The notes under the pieces: generated by a model
Told to the model about the DNA's origin: nothing
Seen by the model: the letters and a program-made list of their open reading frames with translations, nothing else
The model's database searches: none
Shown: positions 9,489-16,054 of the stretch, piece by piece
Layout: each line of letters opens with the position of its first letter
Position numbering within the stretch: the first letter of the stretch is position 1
NCBI RefSeq assembly: GCF_000341395.1
Contig: NC_020304.1
Location: 390,001-422,000, forward strand
Source of the DNA: Desulfocapsa sulfexigens DSM 10523
Lineage (GTDB): Bacteria > Desulfobacterota > Desulfobulbia > Desulfobulbales > Desulfocapsaceae
DNA: 32,000 bases
Direction of reading: 5' to 3'
Program-made: the position numbers and the translations under genes

Positions 9489-10862
9489 ATGCTATTACGT
9501 CACACACGAAAAGAAATAGGGGAGCGCAAGGCCGTCAGTATCAACCCTGCAAAAACCTGCCAGCCCATCGGAGCCATGTATGCGGCTCTCGGCATTCATG
9601 GCTGTCTGCCCCACAGTCACGGTTCCCAGGGGTGCTGTGCCTATCACCGATCGGCTCTGACCCGTCATTACAAAGAGCCCATTTCGGCAGCCACTTCCTC
9701 CTTCACAGAAGGGGCCTCAGTCTTTGGCGGCCAGGCCAATCTCCTCCAGGGGATTAATAATATTTTCTCTGTTTATGAGCCGGATGTAATTGCCGTTCAT
9801 ACCACCTGTCTTTCAGAAACCATTGGCGACGATTTGCCCCAGATCAGGAAAAAGGCCCAGACAGAGGGAAAAATACCTGAAGGAAAATATGTGATAGGAG
9901 CCTCCACTCCGAGCTATGTGGGGTCGCATGTCACCGGTTTTTCCAACATGGTTAAATCCATGATTGAATTTTCGGAAAAAACAGGCAGGAAAAACGGCAA
10001 AATCAATATTATCCCAGGCTGGGTAGAACCCTGCGACATGGAAGAAATCAAGCGTATGGCCAAACTCACGGGAGTGGAAACAATTATGTTTCCTGACACC
10101 TCAGGTGTTTTAAATGCTCCCATGACCGGCGAGTACAAAATGTTCCCGGATGGTGGCACAACCATAGCGGAACTGAAATCCACAGGAGATTCTACCGGTA
10201 CCCTTGCACTCGGCGAATGGTGTTCAGCTGATGCAGCCAGAGTGCTTGACAAGAAATGTAAGGTTCCTTGCAGGGTGCTGGACATGCCCTTTGGTCTCAA
10301 GGCCACCGATCGTTTTGTCGATGCCATGAGAACCATCGCAGGGGTTTCCGTTTCAGACGAACTGGCTGTTGAACGTGGACAGTTGGTGGATATGATCACT
10401 GATATGCACCAGTATTTTTATAAGAAAAAAGTCGCCATTGCCGGTGATCCGGATCAGGTCATCGCCATGGTTGAGTTTCTCGTTTCAATTGACATGTGTC
10501 CGGTTCACGTGGTCACCGGAACACCTGGCAAGAAGTTTGAAAAACGGATTAAAGAAATCACAAAAGATAAAGGTTTTGAAGTGAATGTAAAAGCCAGAGG
10601 TGATCTCTTTCTTCTCCATCAGTGGATACAGAACGAACCGGTGGATCTTCTGATCTGCAATACCTACGGTAAGTACATTGCACGGGATGAGGATATTCCC
10701 TTTTTGCGGTGGGGATTCCCAATACTTGATCGCCAGGGCCATCAGTACTTTCCCACTGTTGGATATAAGGGTGGATTGCGTCTGCTGGAAAAAATTCTTG
10801 GTCTGCTTCTTGATCGCAAGGATCGGGATGATCCTGAAGAGTCATTCGAACTGGTTCTGTAA
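9489..10862 (+). CDS. nifK: Nitrogenase MoFe protein beta chain NifK (short N-terminus)
   Basis: Motifs CQPIGAMYA, HGSQGCCAYHR, TTCLSETIGDD and STPSYVGSH are present. The start is placed at ATG 9489, preceded by AAGAGG. The ORF-track start at 9390 is a GTG inside a structured spacer. Confidence 0.95.
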   Translation: MLLRHTRKEIGERKAVSINPAKTCQPIGAMYAALGIHGCLPHSHGSQGCCAYHRSALTRHYKEPISAATSSFTEGASVFGGQANLLQGINNIFSVYEPDVIAVHTTCLSETIGDDLPQIRKKAQTEGKIPEGKYVIGASTPSYVGSHVTGFSNMVKSMIEFSEKTGRKNGKINIIPGWVEPCDMEEIKRMAKLTGVETIMFPDTSGVLNAPMTGEYKMFPDGGTTIAELKSTGDSTGTLALGEWCSADAARVLDKKCKVPCRVLDMPFGLKATDRFVDAMRTIAGVSVSDELAVERGQLVDMITDMHQYFYKKKVAIAGDPDQVIAMVEFLVSIDMCPVHVVTGTPGKKFEKRIKEITKDKGFEVNVKARGDLFLLHQWIQNEPVDLLICNTYGKYIARDEDIPFLRWGFPILDRQGHQYFPTVGYKGGLRLLEKILGLLLDRKDRDDPEESFELVL

Positions 10863-10873
10863 GGAGTACAGCC

Positions 10874-11965
10874 ATGTATGATGGAACTTACACAGACCAT
10901 ATGGCGCTGCATGTCAAGCTGCCCATTGCTCCCCAGGCCAATCATCGACTAAGCGGGGCTGCAGATAGTAAAATAGATTCCACGTCCCTGGTTCCCGCCG
11001 AGGCCGTGGCCTGGGTGCAGGCACTCCGCAAAGGAGGGAAAAAAATTCAATCTATTGAACTCTGTGGCCCTGGTGATGTTCTGGCTTCGGTTCCGACTAC
11101 TTTGAATTGTCTGGAGCTTCTCCAGCCTGAAATTCATGATGCTGAACTTTCTTTGACCACTATCGGCCTGGGAGCCGCATCATTGGCCTCCACTCTGGCT
11201 CATTTTGGCGTAAAAACAGTGAACCTGCTGGTGGATACCGTCTCAGCTGAAACAGCAATGAAACGGTATGTATGGATCCGTCCTGCCAAAAAGAACGTCC
11301 CGATAACCCAGGCGTCCAGAATACTTATCAGTGCCCAGGCCGAGGCTGTACAGGCCTTAAAAGATGCTGGCATCAGAGTGATTGTACGATGCACTCTGGC
11401 TGCCGGAGTCAATGATGGAGAAGTTGCAGCCATTGCAAAAAAAATGGCAGGTCTGGGCGCCGGGGCTATGGAAATTGATGGAGAAGATGGCACCTACCTG
11501 GAAAAACTGTCCGGACTGGCTTCTACCTATCTGCCTGCGGCAGTCTACCAGGCTGCACCGGAGCTTCCACCTCCGGGAACACCAAACTCGTGTGCGGATA
11601 TCAGCATGCCTAAACCAACAGAAGGACGGCCGAATGTCGCTGTGGTCAGTACCAATGGAATGGATGTTGATATGCATCTTGGCCAGGCACCACAGGTACT
11701 GATCTACGGCCCCCGAGACGATGGTTTGGCCTGTCTCCTGATGGCCCGGCAGACACCAGGCACTGGCGGTGGTCCCAATCGCTGGAAGATCCTGGCTGAA
11801 GAGTGTCTCCACGACTGCTTTGCCCTTCTGGCAACCCATGCCGGTGATACACCCCGAAAAGAACTTGCCGAGCTTGGGATCCAGGTGATTCTCACTGAAG
11901 ACAATGTGGAAGGCCTGGTGGATGTCCTTTACGGCGGTGGTAAAAAAAAGAAATGTAAAAAATAG
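10874..11965 (+). CDS. NifB-like protein lacking the radical-SAM CX3CX2C motif, with C-terminal NifX/NifB-type (dinitrogenase FeMo-cofactor-binding) domain
   Basis: 363 aa, collinear by eye with the true NifB at 18882-20165, but the SAM-cluster cysteines are replaced (KLPIAPQANHRLSGA against [15 protein letters not shown]). The C-terminal domain NVAVVSTNGMDVDMHLGQAPQVLIYG...LLATHAGDTPRKELAELGIQV is NifX-like. An AAGGAG RBS lies 11 nt after the nifK stop. Confidence 0.7.
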   Translation: MYDGTYTDHMALHVKLPIAPQANHRLSGAADSKIDSTSLVPAEAVAWVQALRKGGKKIQSIELCGPGDVLASVPTTLNCLELLQPEIHDAELSLTTIGLGAASLASTLAHFGVKTVNLLVDTVSAETAMKRYVWIRPAKKNVPITQASRILISAQAEAVQALKDAGIRVIVRCTLAAGVNDGEVAAIAKKMAGLGAGAMEIDGEDGTYLEKLSGLASTYLPAAVYQAAPELPPPGTPNSCADISMPKPTEGRPNVAVVSTNGMDVDMHLGQAPQVLIYGPRDDGLACLLMARQTPGTGGGPNRWKILAEECLHDCFALLATHAGDTPRKELAELGIQVILTEDNVEGLVDVLYGGGKKKKCKK

Positions 11966-11977
11966 AGGAGAAGTACA

Positions 11978-12280
11978 ATGGCTTTACCGGAAAGAATGAT
12001 CCTTGTCTGCCAGTCGTTTCGTGTGGTTGGGGACAAGAAGGGAATCTGCCATAAGGGTACCGACGGGTTTCTGCAATACATTGAAGAAGAGGTGCTGGAT
12101 CGTGGGCTTGATTGTCTCGTCACCGCCACCACCTGCCTCAAGCAGTGCGACAACGGCCCCATCATGGTTATCCAGCCAGAAAACTGGTGGTTTAAAGGGG
12201 TTTCCAGTGAAGAGGCAATTGATGCCATCCTCGATGGCCTGGAAGATGGTGAGCCCGCGTCGGAATATCTGATTGGATAA
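11978..12280 (+). CDS. Thioredoxin-like [2Fe-2S] ferredoxin
   Basis: 100 aa with Cys11, Cys24 and the C53-x3-C57 pair (MILVCQS...GICHK...TTCLKQCDNGP). This is the same ligand pattern as the Clostridium pasteurianum/Aquifex thioredoxin-like 2Fe ferredoxins. A GGAG RBS is present. Confidence 0.75.
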   Translation: MALPERMILVCQSFRVVGDKKGICHKGTDGFLQYIEEEVLDRGLDCLVTATTCLKQCDNGPIMVIQPENWWFKGVSSEEAIDAILDGLEDGEPASEYLIG

Positions 12281-12287
12281 AAACAAT

Positions 12288-12321
12288 ACCTGATTACCAT
12301 CGAAACTCAGCTTTGCAACCC
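12288..12321. repeat. 34-nt exact repeat, copy 1 (left-half copy of the element at 20233-20322)
   Basis: ACCTGATTACCATCGAAACTCAGCTTTGCAACCC is identical to 20234-20267. It lies in the 92-nt gap between the ferredoxin and the ArsC-like gene. Confidence 0.9.
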
Positions 12322-12372
12322 AGAGTTGTTCCGTGTCGATTATATGGGACGCCATAAGGACTGAAGAAAACA

Positions 12373-12807
12373 ATGGCCGACATCATCTTTTATGAAAAGC
12401 CCGGATGTATCAATGGTGAGAAACAGAAAGCCATACTCCGGGCCGGGGGACACTCTTTACATTGCCTGGACATCCTCAATTTTCCGTGGACACGTGAAAA
12501 ACTTCTGGCCTTTGTAATGGGAAAGAATCCTGTGGAAATGATAAATCAGACCGCCCCGGCGATAAAGCGTGGTGAAATCGTACCAAAACAGCTCACATTT
12601 AATGAAGCCGTCGACATGATGTTGCTGGATCCCATCCTAATCAAAAGACCTCTTATTGAGGTGGATGGTATGGCTATTCAAGGCTTTATGGACTCGCGTC
12701 TCACCCCCTACCTGGGAGACTGGGACAACAGTGTCGATGTGGTAACCTGTCCCAATCTGCAGGGCATTTCCTGTGATGAACAGAAGAGGGAAACCAATGA
12801 CATTTAA
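12373..12807 (+). CDS. ArsC/Spx-family 'nitrogenase-associated protein'
   Basis: 144 aa. IIFYEKPGCINGEKQKAILRAGGH ... APAIKRGEI ... DPILIKRPLIEVDG...QGF follows the ArsC-like, thioredoxin-fold nitrogenase-associated family pattern as I recall it. Confidence 0.7.
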   Translation: MADIIFYEKPGCINGEKQKAILRAGGHSLHCLDILNFPWTREKLLAFVMGKNPVEMINQTAPAIKRGEIVPKQLTFNEAVDMMLLDPILIKRPLIEVDGMAIQGFMDSRLTPYLGDWDNSVDVVTCPNLQGISCDEQKRETNDI

Positions 12808-12982
12808 GTCACACCTTGAATCCCGTGGAGAACGATGTCCGAAATGTGATTCCAGGGCAATAAAAACCAGTGATACACCGAAAAAGATACGTACTGACAC
12901 GGTACATGTTGCCATGTTCTGTGCCACCTGTGGTGCCAGATGGCGAAATATTTATACTCTCAGCAAATCCGAAGAATTGTAG
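12797..12982 (+). CDS. Zinc-ribbon miniprotein (CxxC...CxxC), function unknown
   Basis: 61 aa counted from ATG 12797, which overlaps the upstream stop by 11 nt. Two CxxC pairs are present: CPKCDS ... CATCGARW. The ORF-track start at 12773 would lie deeper inside the upstream gene. Confidence 0.5.
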   Translation: MTFKSHLESRGERCPKCDSRAIKTSDTPKKIRTDTVHVAMFCATCGARWRNIYTLSKSEEL

Positions 12983-12984
12983 AA

Positions 12985-13476
12985 ATGATCAACTCATCCA
13001 TTGCAGGTATGTGTGTGCGTCAGGCCAGGAAAGCCGATCTTGATGAGCTGGCTGGCCTGCTTCAGCAGCTTTTTACAATTGAGGAAGATTTCCGTTTCGA
13101 TGCCGCCCGGCAACACCGGGGACTCGAAATGCTGCTTGATCGTGATGGTGCTGTTGTTCTCGTTGCCGAAAAAGAGAACAACGTTATCGGCATGTGTACC
13201 GGGCAACTTATGATATCCACTGCCGAGGGTGGGCATTCCCTGCTTGTTGAAGATGTGGTGGTGGATGAGCAATGGCGAGGGAGAGGTATCGGCACCGGAC
13301 TGCTCAAGGCTTTGGAAGATTGGGGAGAAAAAAAGAAAGTATCCCGTTACCAGCTTCTGGCAGATAAGTCGAATGATGCGGGGATCAGATTTTACCGTAA
13401 ACACAACTGGCAGCAAACAGAACTTATCTGTCTGCGTAAACACCCATTGATGGGTACCAGCAAAGGAAAGGGATAA
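12985..13476 (+). CDS. GNAT-family N-acetyltransferase
   Basis: 163 aa counted from ATG 12985, 2 nt after the previous stop. It has the acetyl-CoA motif A (VVVDEQWRGRGIGTGLLKAL) and the C-terminal ...AGIRFYRKHNW. Confidence 0.8.
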   Translation: MINSSIAGMCVRQARKADLDELAGLLQQLFTIEEDFRFDAARQHRGLEMLLDRDGAVVLVAEKENNVIGMCTGQLMISTAEGGHSLLVEDVVVDEQWRGRGIGTGLLKALEDWGEKKKVSRYQLLADKSNDAGIRFYRKHNWQQTELICLRKHPLMGTSKGKG

Positions 13477-13483
13477 AGAGATC

Positions 13484-13954
13484 ATGAACAATACAAAGGT
13501 GGCAACACCCCCCTCCATGGTGGGATTTGGCGATATCAAGGGTAAACCGGAACCTATCGATGATTGGGATATTTTTCTCCATGATGGCGATGCCTTTTTG
13601 AAAACGGGCCTTGCTGCCCACACAAAAGGAAAAAAGGCCTTTACTCCTGAGATCCTTTACAACATCGTTGCCATGGCCATTGAAAAATTTGTAATGGCCG
13701 CCCTTATGCAGCGTGGTGCTCTGCCATACAACCATACTATGGGGGATCTGGTTGAGGCCATGGATGAAGTATTTCCTGATGCCATGGGCGATCTGAAAAA
13801 TAGTCTCCTTGATCTTGACCGTTACCAGGAGATTTGCGATGTGGATACCTTTACTGTCATCCCTCCTGCTTTTGAGGAAATCCCAAAGATGCTGACTCTG
13901 GCAGAGAGGATGCAAACTCTGGCATACCAAACAACAGGGGAGATAGAAAAATGA
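13484..13954 (+). CDS. HEPN-like domain protein (tentative)
   Basis: 156 aa. The helical segment ILYNIVAMAIEKFVMAALMQRGALPYNHTMGDLVEAM resembles the HEPN core (..A.EK.lKAll...R-x6-H..dL). The family call is tentative and made by eye. Confidence 0.4.
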   Translation: MNNTKVATPPSMVGFGDIKGKPEPIDDWDIFLHDGDAFLKTGLAAHTKGKKAFTPEILYNIVAMAIEKFVMAALMQRGALPYNHTMGDLVEAMDEVFPDAMGDLKNSLLDLDRYQEICDVDTFTVIPPAFEEIPKMLTLAERMQTLAYQTTGEIEK

Positions 13955-14268
13955 CGCTGAGACCACTGGGTACTGTGAGGGAAATTCTTGAATCTGCAGG
14001 AATGGGACTCTCCTACGCATACGAAGATCTGGTTTTCCTGGAACACAACGGCTTCCTGCTTCAGTTTACCGACAGGTCGCAGGAAGTACTGATACACATC
14101 AATGAAGAAGCAAAAGAAGAAGACCTGGCTTTTTCCCTGACACTGTTACAGGGGAAGGCTAAAGAAAACAGGATGGTTTTTAGCAGAGGGAGTTATTACC
14201 GGTTGAGCCAGGCTGATGAGGAAAATATCCGAATCGAGTTTTTACCAACTGAAAAATCTGTGAACTAA
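13951..14268 (+). CDS. Hypothetical protein, translationally coupled to the HEPN-like gene
   Basis: 105 aa. Its ATGA start overlaps the upstream stop. No motif was recognised. Coding is supported by the tight operon packing and by composition similar to the neighbouring genes. Confidence 0.5.
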   Translation: MTLRPLGTVREILESAGMGLSYAYEDLVFLEHNGFLLQFTDRSQEVLIHINEEAKEEDLAFSLTLLQGKAKENRMVFSRGSYYRLSQADEENIRIEFLPTEKSVN

Positions 14269-14278
14269 GGAGAATACA

Positions 14279-14500
14279 ATGGCCAGAGAAGATGTTGAGA
14301 AGTTGTTAATCGCCGGTGGAGAAGACAAACACCTGCGGGCAAAATATGATGTACCGGCAACCAGGGAGGAGTTTGTTGAGCTGGCTGCCAGTGAGGGGTA
14401 TGAGTTTACTGTCGAAGAACTTGACGCTATTCTTAAAGAGTCCGGAGATGTCTTCGAAAAAAATGGAAATCCCCCAAAACGCTCAATCTGGTGGACATAG
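14279..14500 (+). CDS. Nif11-family protein
   Basis: 73 aa. The N-terminus VEKLLIAGGEDKHLRAKYDVPATREEFVELAASEGYEFTVEELDAILK follows the Nif11 domain pattern (..L...d..L..kl.......e.v.lA.e.Gy.ft.eEl). An AAGGAG RBS is present. Confidence 0.7.
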   Translation: MAREDVEKLLIAGGEDKHLRAKYDVPATREEFVELAASEGYEFTVEELDAILKESGDVFEKNGNPPKRSIWWT

Positions 14501-14640
14501 ATAGTATTTAGGGGAGCCTCGAAAGACAGCTTTTCAAGGTCCTTTTAAAGGGTGTACTTGCAATAGACAGTAGTGTAATGGTTTGTTTTTTTAAATATCA
14601 GACCTGATTACTGGCCATTTATGATAGAGGTGGAATGGAA

Positions 14641-14680
14641 AAAGCAGAATCAACTGAATGATTCTGCTTTTCTCGTTTTT
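14641..14680. terminator. Bidirectional intrinsic terminator between the nif operon and the convergent usp gene
   Basis: A perfect 12-bp stem AAAGCAGAATCA / TGATTCTGCTTT with a 6-nt loop. It is followed by TCTCGTTTTT on the plus strand and by a T-run on the minus strand. Confidence 0.6.
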
Positions 14681-14753
14681 GTTACTTCAGACCTTAGCTT
14701 GGTACAGGTGCCCATGCCCCTCCACACACAATCTTGCATCACTTGAATAACAG

Positions 14754-15182
14754 CTATGGAACTACAAGGACAGGGCAATACATAGTACTCAAAACCTTAT
14801 GCGTGACACTCCCAAGGAAAAGGCCAGAAATATCCGAATGACCCTGTGATCCCATAATTATCAGATCATATTCTTTAGATTTTGAAATATCGGCTAATAT
14901 TTTACCAGGTAATCCACGAATCGGTTTAAGGGTATAATCTACACCCCTATCTCTGAAAATTTCTTCTGCAACTTTCAGGATATTTTCGGATTTGCTTTTA
15001 CATATCTCCTCTAGATCACATAGTAATGGACTTGGTACTTCCATTATACTTGGATTCAAGTCATAACAATTAATAATTGTTACATGGGAGCCCATTTGTT
15101 TTGCAATAGAAAGTGCGCAATGAGCTGCATTTATTGAATAGGTAGAATCATCAAAAGGAAGGAGGATTTTTTCGAATTTCAT
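14754..15182 (-). CDS. Universal stress protein (UspA family)
   Basis: 142 aa. KILLPFDDS..S..A..., LIIMGSQGHSDISGLFLGSVTHKVLSTMYCPVLVV is the classic Usp ATP-binding C-terminus. Codon usage is visibly AT-richer than in the nif genes. Confidence 0.85.
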   Translation of the reverse strand: MKFEKILLPFDDSTYSINAAHCALSIAKQMGSHVTIINCYDLNPSIMEVPSPLLCDLEEICKSKSENILKVAEEIFRDRGVDYTLKPIRGLPGKILADISKSKEYDLIIMGSQGHSDISGLFLGSVTHKVLSTMYCPVLVVP

Positions 15183-15303
15183 TACAATGGTTCCTTGGGA
15201 GGTGAAAGTAGCATTTGTTATGCTTGGTGCACATGCAATGAATTGTATCTCTGTAAAAAGGATAGCATTTCGATCGGAAAAATCAAACTATAAAATCCAA
15301 GAC

Positions 15304-15450
15304 TAAGATGTCAAACCCTTTTGTGCACTCAATACTCCAAGTACACCTCCATAGGTGATAGAGCTAATAGCCAGTGGCGTATTTGCTACCGCACCTTTAT
15401 ACAGGCTCGTGTAATCTAATCTCAGTACTCTAGTTGCTATACTATTCATA
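15304..15450 (-). pseudogene. Relic N-terminal fragment of an AzlC-like branched-chain amino acid permease
   Basis: The 48-codon frame MNSIATRVLRLDYTSLYKGAVANTPLAISSITYGGVLGVLSAQKGLTS* resembles the first roughly 50 residues of AzlC proteins (..G....P...g....G..fGvla...Gls) and then stops. It is too short to be functional. Confidence 0.35.
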
Positions 15451-15618
15451 ATAAAATGATCAGTGCTGTCTCATAGTTGAATATGTACTTAACTTGACAG
15501 GAGAAGAGATATTTGATGAACGAAAACTGCAGGTGATTTACATTATCGCCTACCCTTGGCGACATAGCTAACCAGTCGGCCCCGAACTTGCGACAAGAAA
15601 CACCGCACTGTACCTAAT

Positions 15619-15780
15619 TAGCCATTATCAAGTGATACATTGAGCCATTCAAGAGCTTCAGCGAAACTTCTAAAAACTTCAGTGTTTACATCTGCACCTT
15701 CAATAAGTGTCTGGTGTACACGCGAAGATCCGTATGTAAGGTCAACTGGAGATACAAAAGTACATTTTTCTTCTCGCAAT
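15619..15780 (-). pseudogene. Orphan C-terminal gene fragment (family not identified)
   Basis: A 53-codon open frame (...FVSPVDLTYGSSRVHQTLIEGADVNTEVFRSFAEALEWLNVSLDNG*) begins directly after a stop codon. It has no plausible start or RBS, so it looks like the tail of a truncated gene. Confidence 0.25.
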
Positions 15781-15891
15781 TATCTGTAAAATATCTCCAT
15801 GGCTACGGTTTGCGCCTTCTGTCTTTATCGAATAATTCACTAAAGCCTTTATTCATTTTTCTGTGACAAAAAAGAAGTCACTCTTCTTTTT

Positions 15892-15907
15892 TGTCAACTT
15901 TCCTACA
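15892..15907. promoter_or_regulatory. NifA upstream activator sequence (TGT-N10-ACA) for nifENB
   Basis: TGTCAACTTTCCTACA is an exact consensus match. Its centre is about 99 bp upstream of the -24 GG of the nifE promoter. Confidence 0.55.
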
Positions 15908-15996
15908 TTCTGTGTAGTTCGGCATATGGTTTTCTGTCAAACAGGATCACCTTCTATCTCCCCTGAATAAAAGAGTATAGTTCGCTTTTATTCTTC

Positions 15997-16012
15997 TGGC
16001 ACAATCGTTGCT
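15997..16012 (+). promoter_or_regulatory. Sigma-54 (-24/-12) promoter of nifENB
   Basis: TGGCACAATCGTTGCT is a perfect TGGCAC-N5-TTGC, about 45 nt upstream of the nifE ATG. Confidence 0.8.
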
Positions 16013-16054
16013 TTTCTTGAATCAAAGAAACCATCAACTATTGAAGGGAAAAGC

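Noticed and set aside
12281-12372. Possible stop-codon readthrough of the ferredoxin gene into the 34-nt repeat (in-frame KQYLITIETQLCNPELFRVDYMGRHKD after TAA)
   Set aside because: An open 27-codon frame after a stop is expected by chance. The second repeat copy is in a different frame relative to nifB, so the conservation is at the nucleotide level and not the peptide level.
14279-14500. Nif11 protein as a RiPP (lanthipeptide-type) precursor
   Set aside because: No maturase, C39-peptidase ABC exporter or radical-SAM modifier is adjacent. There is no GG/GA cleavage motif at the end of the Nif11 domain, and the short core has no Cys/Ser/Thr-rich pattern.
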